This document shows positions 40,022 through 51,809 of a stretch of 64,000 nt of DNA, piece after piece; the first letter of the stretch is position 1; the number at the start of each line of letters is the position of its first letter. The translations under genes and the position numbers were made by a program. This DNA is from Macrostomum lignano (Eukaryota), in assembly GCA_002269645.1 (NCBI GenBank), contig NIVC01000211.1, positions 632,188 to 696,187 of the forward strand, written 5' to 3'. Under the pieces are notes generated by a model. The model saw only the letters and a list, made by a program, of their open reading frames with translations, did no database searches and was not told the DNA's origin.

Positions 40022-42318
40022 CTGGTCCCAGAGAAGCAGCAACGCCAGGCAGTTGCAAGCTTGCTGCACTGGCTGGCCAGCTGCTATCAGCTTGATGAGG
40101 CAACTCTGACTGAAACAGCTGGTCAGCTCTCCAGTCTGTCAGATGGTCAGCTTCGCGACCTGTTGGCTGCAGCGACTGCTGCTAATGAAGTCTGTTTGGA
40201 CTCTGTGCCACCATCCATACCCACCAGTTCATGCTGCATCCCACTGCCTATCAATCTTAAACCGCGACTGCTGGTTTGTCGCCTGCGTAGATGGACAGAT
40301 TTGGATGACAATTCAGAGGAACTGTTACGAGTTTGTCGATGCAGTGTAGAAAATGGGAATGCCAATGGTAACTCTTCAAGCGAGCCTGCTACTGATAGTA
40401 CTAGCGTAGGTGCTGGATTTGATGTCTTTTGTTGGTAAGTTGAATATCAACTTACCAAGAATATCAAGAATAGCCCATGCCCTTGCTATGTTTTGGCCGT
40501 CTCAAAAGTTTACTCAAGTAGCCTATTTAGCTTTGTACTAACCGCGGCCATCTCTGCTTAACTTTTGCCCAAATCAGGTTTCATCAGGAAGATTGTAAAG
40601 TCTATGAAAGTGCTGTATATTTGCAAGTTTTTTAGAGCATATCCTAATCATACTACTTTTGTGGCCCATGCAGTCAGTAGTCTGGGTGGTTTCGTTTGAA
40701 TCATGGTGTCATTTGGTATCCTAGGCCTAAAACCTCAGTGTTTAAATGAAGTTTGATGGATATCAGTGCCATATTTAGAGCTGAAATGGGGTTGTAGTCT
40801 TAGTGGTGAGAGCGTCGGACTCCCGGCTGAAAGGTCGGGGGTTCGATTCTCGATCCCAGTCCAAACAATTTGTGTCCTTGAGCAAGACACTTAACTCTGC
40901 ATTGCTTCAGTTCACCCAGCTGTAAAATGGGCGCCAGCATTAGCTGGGGTAATTGAGGGTGTGTGGCGACCCAGTCCTTGGACTGAACAGCCGTACGCAA
41001 CCTTTTCATTTTTGCTAAGGCATATTGGCAGTAGTATAGTGTGCGTTAAACAGTAGTGAATTTATTTTTTTCCAATCAACTGCACTGCAGCGCCAATCCC
41101 ATGCACTACACTCGCCGGGTCTGGTGCACGGCATTCTATTACGAACTGGATAGTCGGGTTGGCGATGCCTTCAAGGCGAACGAGCCCTGCCTGCGCATTG
41201 ACGGCGGCGGTGGCGGCAGCTTTGATCGGGTCGGTCGCCGAAGGTTTTGCCTGGCGCCGCTGTGGAATGCCGACAGACCGGCGGCGGCCCATGTGGTGCG
41301 CCGGTGCATTGGTCAGGGCCTGCTGCTTCAGCTGTGCCGCGGTGGCACCGTCTACCTGCAGTGTCGATCGCCAGTGCCCGTGAGCGCCTTTATTGTTAGT
41401 TGCTAATGTATTCGTGTTGCTAAACTTTACGTTTTACGGTTTAAAGGGTTCTAATTTGGGTTTTTACTGAGTTCTAATTGGGGTTTTACTGGATTTTAAT
41501 TAAGGTTTTACTGGATTCTAATAGTGGTTTTTCCTGGGTTCTAATTGGGGTTTTGCTGGATTCTAATTGTGGTTTTACTGGGTTCTAATTGGGGCTTAAA
41601 GGGTTCTAATTTGGGTTTTTACTGAGTTCTAATTGGGGTTTTACTGGGTTCTAATTGAAATTTTATTGGGTTTGAATTGGGGTTTAAAGGGTTCTAATTT
41701 GGGTTTTTACTGAATTCTAATTGGGACTTTAGTGGGTTCTAATTGGGGTTTTTACTGGGTTCTAATTAAGGTTTTACTGGGTTCTAATTGGGGTTTTGCT
41801 GGATTCTAATTGTGATTTTATTGGGTTAAATCTAAACCAAATTTTGGTTTAGATTAGGTTCATGTAGTTAGAATTTACTGGGGATAGACTTAATGATTCC
41901 CATTTTTATTGAATGGCTTCTAAATTCTATGAATCCATGATCTATATGGGCTGATTCACTAACAGTGCATCAATCAAGCCACTCCGTCCACTCCAACCCT
42001 CAGGTCTTTGTCCAGTCGCCCAACGCTAGTCTGCAGCGCGGCTGGCACCCCGCCACGGTTTGCCGGGTGCCCCCTGGCGGCAGCCTGTGCGTGTTCTCCG
42101 ACCAGCTCTTCCTCCAGCACCTGTCCGACTGTAGGCGCTTTGAAGATGCCTACAGCTTGATCAGAATGTGCTCGATTCGGATTTCATTTGCCAAAGGTTG
42201 GGGCAGCGACTATCGTAGGCAGAGGATCACTGCCACGCCTTGTTGGCTGGAGATTGTGCTGGCTAAGCCGCTTGTTTGGCTTGACCGAGTTTTAGTTGCT
42301 ATGGGCGGGCCCAGCTGA
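40022..42318 (+). CDS. Atypical Smad (degenerate I-Smad-like MH1 fused almost directly to MH2, no C-terminal SSXS)
   Basis: Exons 40022-40434, 41086-41369, 42004-42318 in phase. MH1 motifs CRLRRWTDL...EL and FCCANPMHY; MH2 motifs WCTAFYYE and ISFAKGWGSDYRRQRITATPCWLEI. 5' end uncertain (in-frame ATG at 39935 or upstream splice). Confidence 0.88.
40788..41005 (+). mobile_element. tRNA/CORE SINE, copy 2 (Smad intron)
   Basis: Near-identical to 26860-27080. Confidence 0.8.
41445..41830. repeat. ~22-bp minisatellite (CTGGGTTCTAATTGGGGTTTTA), Smad intron
   Basis: Direct read. Confidence 0.9.
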
Positions 42319-43630
42319 CGGGCTATTATGGTTCTACTACTGTTAATAACGCTAATAGCACCGCAGGCAAGATTCTGGGGAGCATGCATGTTTCATATAT
42401 GAATATGAAACTCTACGCTCTATGAATATCAACAGAGCTATTAAGCTAGGCACAACAAATCAAAATATGAAAATTGGGTCGTCTTACTCTACAAAAAAGT
42501 TCCGTGAAAATTTTCAATTCTAATTTACAAAATCCAGGGATGCTATGGTGTGTGTGAGTGTGCTATGTCAAAACACAATGATTGTGTTATTAACACATTT
42601 GTTTTTTGCAATATTACACTTTCGTTTTATTTGTACTACTTTGTAGTAGCATCTAATGCTTGACTTTTAATTTGCAATTATTTACTTTGTTTTAATTAGT
42701 TACAATTTACTTCGAGTACATGTAATTGACTAATTTTTCGGCTGCATTAAATGCAACTCTGTATAAACATATCTGCACATGTATGCTTCGATCATGTATT
42801 ACCTGAAGTGGCTGTCTGCATTTCCCTTGAATCAGCTTACTCTCGGCTCAATATTCGTCTTTTCCCACGAGTCTTTTGCCAATCTGCTTGTTTTTCTCTC
42901 ACAACTCGTTGCGCCATCGCAAGATTTCTACTTTTATCAGTCCAATGATTTTATTGTGGGTTTTAATAACGAAATAAATGACGCCTTAAATGCATACGTT
43001 TTTAATGTATATATATGCTTGCAAGCTTTCCAGTCTTTGTATTTCCATAAGTAATATTCAAAATGATATAATCTTAGCATATTTTAGTTTTTTAAAACTG
43101 TGCAAGTTGTAGCTGTTGAAGAAATTTCTTGAACAAACCGGAACTGTATTACAGTAGGCCTAGCGCAAAGAGATAGTGAATATCGTTGATGAGAGGGATA
43201 ATTATTGAATAGCATAATTTTGCTACACAGCTCTTCAATGTAATTTTTTTTTAAAACCTGTTTTGTTTAAAGCATATTTACCACATATTATTGCAATCAA
43301 GGACTTACTCAAGTAGGACGGCAGACTGTTTCTTGCAAAATTTTCGGAGGCAGTTGGTAGAATAAAAAAAAACTTAGAATCCCAACTTTCTAAATAAATA
43401 AAGCTTTATGAATATCAATAGAGCTATAAGAAAGGCACAACATATCCAAAGATGAACATAGGGTCTGCCTCCTATCTAAAGCAATTACAATTTTTGTGCT
43501 GAAGAAAATGAAAACGTCCCATTTCCGTAGTGTGTTTTTTCGAGAAAAATCTGCCATAGTAAACACTATTATGCAATAGAAATCCTAATTAGAAGTCTCA
43601 TCTCGCCTCTTTAGTATCTTTAATTTATAT

Positions 43631-46046
43631 CTATATAGTTACGAGCGTATCCTTAGAATTGTCGAAATCATTCAGCTGTTTCTTGCTCCATTGACCCTGA
43701 ACAATGCCAAAGCATCCGATCCATCCTTTCAAGCAGTTTTCTTTCGTCGATCCGCAGTCTCCAACAATGAGGCATTGGAAAGATTGGCTGCTGCTGCTGC
43801 TTTGATGTCGGCTTTGATTTTTTAGCGGCGCCAAACTTAGTGTTCCATTTGCGTAAAACAACACCTGTGAGCCTTGTTGGGTAAATCCGTATCCCATATC
43901 TGACGGAAGTGAACCAACAGGAAAACTGCCCTTGGTTCCGAAGTAATTGTACCTTTGCGGAGCAGCTGCCGGCATGTAACGGTACCACAGTTTTCGGTTG
44001 CGCGGTCTGGCAACCAACCTGCATCCCAATTGTCCACTTTCACCACAGTCTCTGATGCAAAAAAATGGCGTTGCTGGTGTCACTAAAATTTTACGTTGAA
44101 ATTTGCAGTTAAGTTAGACTTTCTACAGCTGCATACGGATTAATCTAGAATCTTTATTCTCTTTTACAATCACTTACTTCTCGTGCAAAAATAGTCTGGC
44201 TCGCATGAACACGGTCACATTTGGCTCGGGCACAAACAGAACCTCGATTCCGTCAGCCGTGCTCACACCGATGAAGGAGCCAGACTCTCCCGTCACGAAC
44301 GCGACCACAGACCGGTTGAGCACAGCCGACACGAGCACCGGAGTGTGCGGATTCCGGTGCACAGACGCCAGGTTGAACGAGCCCACACGGAAGTGGTACA
44401 GAATCCGCAGCGAGCTCACCGCGATGCTGCTGGGCAGGTCGGTCGTGTGAGCTGCAATTCGATAACGATGTAACGATATGAGCACAGCTGCAGTCACACA
44501 CTGCATGGGCACAGCTGCAGTCACACACTGCATGGGCACAGCTGCAGTCACACACTGCATGGGCACAGCTGCAGTCACGCACTGCATGGGCACAGCTGCA
44601 GTCACACACTGCATGGACACAGCTGCAGTCACGCACTGCATAGGCACAGCTGCAGTCACGCACTGCATGGGCACAGCTGCAGTCACACACTGCATGGGCA
44701 CAGCTGCAGTCACGCACTGCATGGGCACAGCTGCAGTCACACACTGCATGGGCACAGCTACAGTCACTCACTGCATGGGCACAGCTGCAGTCACGCACTG
44801 CATGGGCACAGCTGCAGTCACGCACTGCATGGGCACAGCTGCAGTCACGCACTGCATGGGCACAGCTGCAGTCACGCACTGCATGGGCACAGCTGCAGTC
44901 ACACACTGCATGGGCACAGCTGCAGTCACACACTGCATGGGCACAGCTGCAGTCACACACTGCATGGGCACAGCTGCAGTCACGCACTGCATGGGCACAG
45001 CTGCAGTCACACACTGCATGGACACAGCTGCAGTCACGCACTGCATGGGCACAGCTGCAGTCACGCACTGCATGGGCACAGCTGCAGTCACACACTGCAT
45101 GGGCACAGCTGCAGTCACGCACTGCATGGGCACAGCTACAGTCACGCACTGCATGGGCACAGCTGCAGTCACGCACTGCATGGGCACAGCTGCAGTCACG
45201 CACTGCATGGGCACAGCTGCAGTCACGCACTGCATGGGCACAGCTGCAGTCACACACTGCATGGGCACAGCTGCAGTCACGCACTGCATGGGCACAGCTG
45301 CAGTCACGCACTGCATGGGCACAGCTGCAGTCACTCACTGCATGGGCACAGCTGCAGTCACGCACTGCATGGGCACAGCTGCAGTCACGCACTGCATGGG
45401 CACAGCTGCAGTCACGCACTGCATGGGCACAGCTGCAGTCACGCACTGCATGGGCACAGCTGCAGTCACGCACTGCATGGGCACAGCTGCAGTCACGCAC
45501 TGCATGGGCAAAGCTGCAGTCACGCACTGCATGGGCACAGCTGCAGTCACGCACTTCATGGGCACAGCTGCAGTCACGCACTGCATGGGCACAGCTGCAG
45601 TCACGCACTTCATGGGCACAGCTGCAGTCACGCACTGCATGGGCACAGCTGCAGTCACGCACTGCATGGGCACAGCTGCATTCACTCGTGACTTCTCACC
45701 CTGCTGGAACTTTGCCAGCCTCCGCCTGTTCACAAACGAGTCGCATTGGCCGTGTCCGTACAGCCATGCAGTGAGGAAGGCCTCGGCAGTCGCCAGCAGA
45801 CACCAGCGATGCTCACCGACCATGCTGGCAGCTGCACAGCTCTCTGTTGTGTGACAGCTCAGCACGCAGCCAGCGATGCTACTGTCAAGCAGTTGATGAA
45901 GCGCCAGCCTCCTTACTCCTCCAGTAATAGAGAGCAAGAGACGGACAGGCGCGCAGTCTTTCGTAGTCAGTTATGCCTATGGTATCCGCCGAAGAGCCAG
46001 AGAGGTAGCAGCAGCAAAGGGCGAAGTATGCAATGAGATTTTTCAT
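43631..46046 (-). pseudogene. PAN/apple + LamG/ConA-like protein, paralogue C, two apparent 1-nt frameshifts
   Basis: ATG 46046 (MKNLIAYFALCCCYLSGSSA). Exons 46046-45700, 44451-44178, 44082-43631. One extra base near 45930 relative to B, and one in a T7 run at 44059-44065. Confidence 0.8.
44482..45680. repeat. 27-bp minisatellite, ~44 units, intron 1 of paralogue C
   Basis: Direct read; same unit as in A and B. Confidence 0.97.
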
Positions 46047-47049
46047 TTACTATGGAGTTCTTTGAGTCCAGGTATTTTTCTCTGCTGCTTGTTAAGCTGG
46101 TTCGTTGTCTATTATATATAGATTATACTAGCTCTCGCGCGTCAGTTAAGTGTTTGAAGGTTTTGACAACAATGCGATCACTGTAGGAAATAGTGTCGCT
46201 TGAGCAGCCAAGGGAACAGGGCGCAGCTGTTTCAGGCATGAAAGAAAGGAGCTCCCTGAGGCTTTTGACGATAGCTGTCTGGCTCACATGTATCGGGTGT
46301 CTTTTTCCACAGGCTACATGCAAACAATGTAGATGCAGCTGACTGCAGCTGGATTCTGCCTTTAAACACGCTTGTCAATAATAGTCGTTGAACTATATTC
46401 TATTCAAGCTTCTTACCTGCTGTATTCATACACATTCATACACATCATACACTGCAACTGAGTACCTGTGTTTCATGAAGACAGTTTGAAGTTCCCATGC
46501 CTAGTAGTAGCTATGAGCTAGAAAATCCGGGTGCTTAGTGAATTCAATCTCGCTTTTTCAAAGCCAAATTTATGCTATGACTCGAGGCGGTTACTAGCCT
46601 TTTAGGCATGTGATATAATATGTGGAAGTCAATTAGAATAAGGAAGTGAATCGAAATCAGGATTAGCTCGTACGAGCTACGCGTCGAAATTAAGGTCTAT
46701 TCCATGTCCGTGCGCGGCCCAGCATTCATTTGGGGCTTTCTGTACGCTAGTCTAGTTAGCTGTGCATCCCCCTTGTGCTTTCGCTGGACCCTTCCCCCTT
46801 TTTGCTCTCTCGTTCAGTTTATGGCCGCCCGTTAGCGGAGCCCATCCCACGCTAAAAATAGCCCGTTAGCGGGGTCCGCCCCAGAGTGGGCATGGGCTCC
46901 CTTAGCGCGGGCCAGCCCACAATGGTTGGGATATGCCATTGTGGGGCTGTGGAGAAGCAGACGCCAGAACTTGACTCGCATCTGTTGGCAAGATACATGG
47001 CACTAATTCAAAAAAATTTTTTCCGCGTGAGCGCTAATTGCATTGACCT

Positions 47050-47520
47050 TGCCAGGGCGCTAAAATAGGCGCCGAGAAGCTGAAATTGGCGCCGGAATAT
47101 TGAAATTGGCACCGGAATATTGAAAGTGGCGCCAAGAAGTAGCAAACTGATATACGCTGCCCCTTGTGCGCTGTTCACGCTGATTTGGGGATCCTGGCGC
47201 CAAATTTGGGGATCCTGGCGCTTATTTAGGGATCCTGGCGCGGATTTGGCTTCTGGCGCCAATTTGAGTTTTCCCTCGCCAATTTTAGCTTCCAGCGCTG
47301 GTTTGGGCCTTTTGGCGCTGATTTGGGGATCCTGGCGCTAATTTTGCTTTTGGCGCCAATTCAAGCTTTCCCGCGCCAATTTGAGATTTCCGGCGCTGAT
47401 TTGTGCTTTCTAGCGCTGGTTTTGGCTTTTGGCGCTGCATTCAGCATTCCGGCGCTGATTTGGGGATCCTGGCGCCAAATTTGGGTTCCGACGCCAATTC
47501 GAGTTTTCCCGCGCCCTTGG
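47050..47520. repeat. GGCGCC-rich internally repeated element, possible non-autonomous DNA transposon
   Basis: Repeated TTGGGGATCCTGGCGC and AAATTGGCGCC motifs, with motif orientation flipping near 47160. Loose termini CAGGGCGC / GCGCCCTTG; no TSD found. Confidence 0.5.
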
Positions 47521-47877
47521 ATAAGCATAAGTTATTATTCATTTGATAGAGAGCAAGGTCTCCTAAATACAAACCTATGGCAAAGTGTACAACAGTCTAT
47601 AAATTGTCACCATGTGAGGCCACTTGTACATTTTGTCATCTTCACGAAAATCAACAATGATGCGACCGAATGTTCCACCGAAACGAACTTGCTGACCTGA
47701 GCACGAGGAGTTCACATGCCCTTGGTTAGGATACTAGCTGATTCATTAAAACGTTTAATACGCTCGTAATTGATCCAAAAGATAGTGCACGTGAATTTGT
47801 TAAAGCTGGCCTTAGAAAGCATCCTATGTTCGTCTTAATACTATCTACTAGAGCTCGCACGATATAAAACCACTGAC

Positions 47878-48205
47878 CGGGGACGAATCCGCGATAGTTT
47901 GGCAGCTGCCAGCAGATGAAGTCGCAGCATCGCGGTTGTTCACGTCATCCACACTTTTCTCAGCCGTCCATCGACGCCTAGCATCGAAGATAGCGAGTGC
48001 GTTGTGCGTCACCATGGGGTAGCCGGCTCCGTACTGGAACCGGGCCTGCGGCACATGACCAGTGAAACCGGACATGAAATAGCGGACTGGACTGTCTCTG
48101 GGCAGGCTGTAGGGCAACCAGTTGAGACCGTGCAGCTCGTGACTTGAACTTTGGTTGCTGCTGCTGGTAGCGAAACTTGGCGTGTGCTTCAATCGGTGTG
48201 GGACA
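47878..48205 (-). CDS. Exon of a FAM166/CIMIP2-like ciliary microtubule inner protein
   Basis: YFMSGFTGHVPQARFQYGAGYPMVTHNALAIF matches the family's GxTGxVP...G repeat. Bounded by AG (48207-48206) and GTCAGT (47877). A candidate downstream exon near 47730-47590 contains RFGGTFG. Confidence 0.6.
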
Positions 48206-50044
48206 CTTTAAGAAGAAGATATGTTTCAATATAGCTTCGACCCCTTAGTAGATTTTTAGATTTTGGATTGCTACTTCAAGTATATTATATTACAAGTATA
48301 TTACGAGTACAAGTCTACTTTTCTGTGAAATTCGATAGAAACTCAAAAGTTGACATGGCTATCATATTTTTTTATATTTCCACAATGCATGTTATAGAAA
48401 ATTTCAACTTAACGAATCGAAACAATTCTTGTTTAAGCGCTCTCATAAAACCTGTAAAAAGCCACAAGTCACTGGCATCGAGTCACTCAGCGGAAAAACA
48501 GACACCTGAAATAAGTTTACAAAAAATATTAGCAGCAAACCGTTTCTGGAGTAAAAAAGCATGTGCTCAAAGGAGCAGTAGGTAAAATTGCATATTACGG
48601 CGCGAATAGCTTATACTCATAGTTAGGCTGTTTACGAGCAAACGCCATTAATTGTCTTCATCAATAACATATAGCTAGTGCATTATAGTTGCACGCTCAC
48701 TTCATGGTCACTTGAGTGTTTTTATGCATTTGCCTCAGTTGGTCGCAGGCAGGGGTCCTGAGCCATGGCCTGGTTCAGCTTGAGTCGCACTAATTGGCTA
48801 TTTCTTCTGGCCAAACTTCTACTAGGACTTTGGGGTCAGCAATGCAGAGTGCCAAGCGAAAATAAAATGCAACATACACGTGAGTTTACGATAAGCGACG
48901 CAAAGATAGAAAAGCAATTTAGTGGTGTAGCTAGCTGTATATTTTGACCCAGAAACACATACTGTATGGTTGATGAGTTTCCTCTCTAAAGAGTGTGGCC
49001 TCTCTTTAGGGCCGGCAAGCTTGGCCTCTCGACAGCTTCAAGAAGTGCAACTTTGTCACGGACACGGTGTGATGGGCAAAGCAATCAACATGAGAATTAG
49101 CTAAGTGTTCACGTGTTTTTCGTAAGAAATTATAATAGCTGTTTTGAGGGCAGCTATAATTGCATGCCAATTATGCTAAGCTCCTTGGTTGAAGGTGCTG
49201 TTGAGCCACAGCAGCTTAGCTTGCAGTCCCTCAAAGCTACGAGTATATAAGCTGCTTTTAGAATCACACTGCTTGAAACTTACCATGCATTGATGGCGAG
49301 GCGAAATTTCTAGCTTAATTCCAGTTATTGCAAGAATTATCCATCTGCTTTTTGTCAATCGAGTAAGATGTGCTTTTGCTTAAAACAAAAGGCGCTCTGG
49401 ACTGCCGGATGCGTCTCGACAAACTCATTAGCCACGCACAGGACGGCTTCGATGGCTTTGTAATTGCTGCTGATGTCGGTAGCGCAGACGAACAGCAAGC
49501 CGACTGGCAGTGAGGCAAGCAGGCACTGTGGCAGCACTAGCTTGCGCATGCTGGCTCAAATCGTGCTTGATTAGTAAAGAAGAATAGCTAAGCAAGCATA
49601 CGAGAGTAGCTATAGTTTTCGATTGGGATGGATTTGTGAAATATATATGGTTGGCAAAGCTTTCAAAATTTCGACAGTAGATTGACATGATTTCATATTT
49701 GGTAGGATTTCCTACAGCTCTACATATCCCTGCCTTCAGCGAGAAAAGCTCTGTGACAATTATGCGTACTTGAGGGCTTAATTTGATAGGATAAATCGAC
49801 TGAAGAGAGCTTTTTGAGTCGTAAATCCATTTATAGTCACTGGTTTGAGCTGCTCAGGTGTTAGAGAACTGAGGGTTCATTTGACGAGGAAAGTGCTACT
49901 TCAATGCTCTTGAAAAATCCAACATGCCATTAGGAAATCAATTAAATATAGGATTCCACCTTTAAAAATTACATCGTTTAAATAATAAGCTGAAAGGTCC
50001 TCAAAAAATACGAGTCCTAAATTTTTAGAATTTTGAGAATCGTG

Positions 50045-50765
50045 TTGTCAGCGCTCATTTTAGCGCCGCAGGCACTCATTTTAGCGCCGCAGGCACTCAT
50101 TTTAGCGCCGCAGGCACTCATTTTGGCGCCGCAGGCACTCATTTTGGCGCCGCAGGCACTCATTTTAGCGCCGCAGACACTCATTTTACCCCCACAGGCA
50201 CTCATTTTGGCGCCGCAGGCACTCATTTTAGCGCCGCAGACACTCATTTTACCCCCACAGTCACTCATTTTACCCCCACAGGCACTCATTTTGGCGCCGC
50301 AGGCACTCATTTCAGCGCCGCAGACACTCATTTTGGCGCCGCAGGCACTCATTTTAGCGCCGCAGACAACTCATTTTAGCGCCGCAGGCACTCATTTTAG
50401 CGCCGCAGGCACTCATTTTGGCGCCGCAGGCACTCATTTCAGCGCCGCAGACACTCATTTTACCCCCACAGGCACTCATTTTGGCGCCGCAGGCACTCAT
50501 TTTAGCGCCGCAGACACTCATTTTAGCGCCGCAGACAACTCATTTTAGCGCTGCAGACACTCATTTTGGCGCCGCAGGCACTCATTTTAGCGCCGCAGAC
50601 AACTCATTTTAGCGCCGCAGGCACTCATTTTAGCGCCGCAGGCACTCCCTTTACCCCCACAGGCACTCATTTCAGCGCCACAGGCACTCATTTTACCGCC
50701 GCAGGCACTCATTTTAGCGCCGCAGACACTCATTTTACCGCCGCAGGCACTCATTTTGGCGCCGA
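50045..50765. repeat. 21-bp minisatellite (GCACTCATTTTAGCGCCGCAG), probably internal to a non-autonomous DNA element ending near 50910
   Basis: Direct read. GGGGG..GGGACA and GGTGGCGACGCGCCTG at 50825-50910 resemble a transposon terminus; the partner terminus was not found. Confidence 0.85.
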
Positions 50766-51809
50766 AGGCGCTATATATTGGCGCCCTGAAGAAAGATTAT
50801 TGATTACTACAACGAGCCACAAAGTGGGGTGGGGGGGACAAAGCATTGGCATGTCCCCCCCAAGAGCTTTTACTGGAGGGACATGCCCACCCCCCGGTGG
50901 CGACGCGCCTGCTTACACCTATAGAACACCGGGGAAGAAACCACCTGCATGTACATGTAGAAACATCTTCGTACAGGGTAGAATATACATTCTTGCAGTT
51001 ATCTTTAAACGATCCAAGTTTTTCAAACTTTAAAAAAATTCCTGTTTTTGCTTCTGATATGCTGGAGATAATTCAGCTCTACCAAAAAGCAGTGAAATGC
51101 TCTCCTAGAAAAATCTTTTATTAGCATTTAAACCCCAAAAGGTTAAAGAAAGCTTTTATGCACTGGAGTTTAATTTTTTTGCAACTTAGTTAATGGATAT
51201 TCAAAGAATATTCCATGTTCTGCCGTCATATTCTATTTACGGTCTGCTTTCTTCTCCAAGCCTCTTTGTGTGCTCAGTGCTCACTTTGCGACCCCCTGGC
51301 TAGTACAAGCTTTCCTTTTGTGTAATGTGTAAACCCTCTTAAGTTCGAAGGCGGCAATCTCATTCTGTCTGCCAGCCCACGTACAGCCCTTGAGTACATT
51401 GACAGCCAAATAAGAACTTAGCCCCTGACCTTTCATTGTACTGTGGCTATCAACTTTCTAATAAATTAAATTGGTCTCGTTTGAGTTTCATAGTTGCGTT
51501 TTCTAAAGCATTTGTCCTATGCTAATGTGGATTGGCTTTATAGTCAAGGGCTCAAGTAAAGAAAAGTTGGTCCGCGAGCGCAAACCCACCCCCAGGTTGA
51601 GGGGGGAGGGTGCTCTGGTGTGGCAGGGCTCAGTCAGAATAATAGAATACACCGCTCTACTTTCATTCCATTTGCACAGTGGAAATTTCCGGGAAACCTT
51701 CCACTGTAGACGGCCAACGCGGGACAAGTTAAAATATGTATATAACCAGACTAGAAACTGGAATTCTTATTTTATAGGGTGCTACGGAACTCAGTGAGGC
51801 CCGCCAGCC

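Noticed and set aside
50017-51033. MSACGAK / ALILAPQ repeat ORFs
   Set aside because: Translations of the 21-bp minisatellite.
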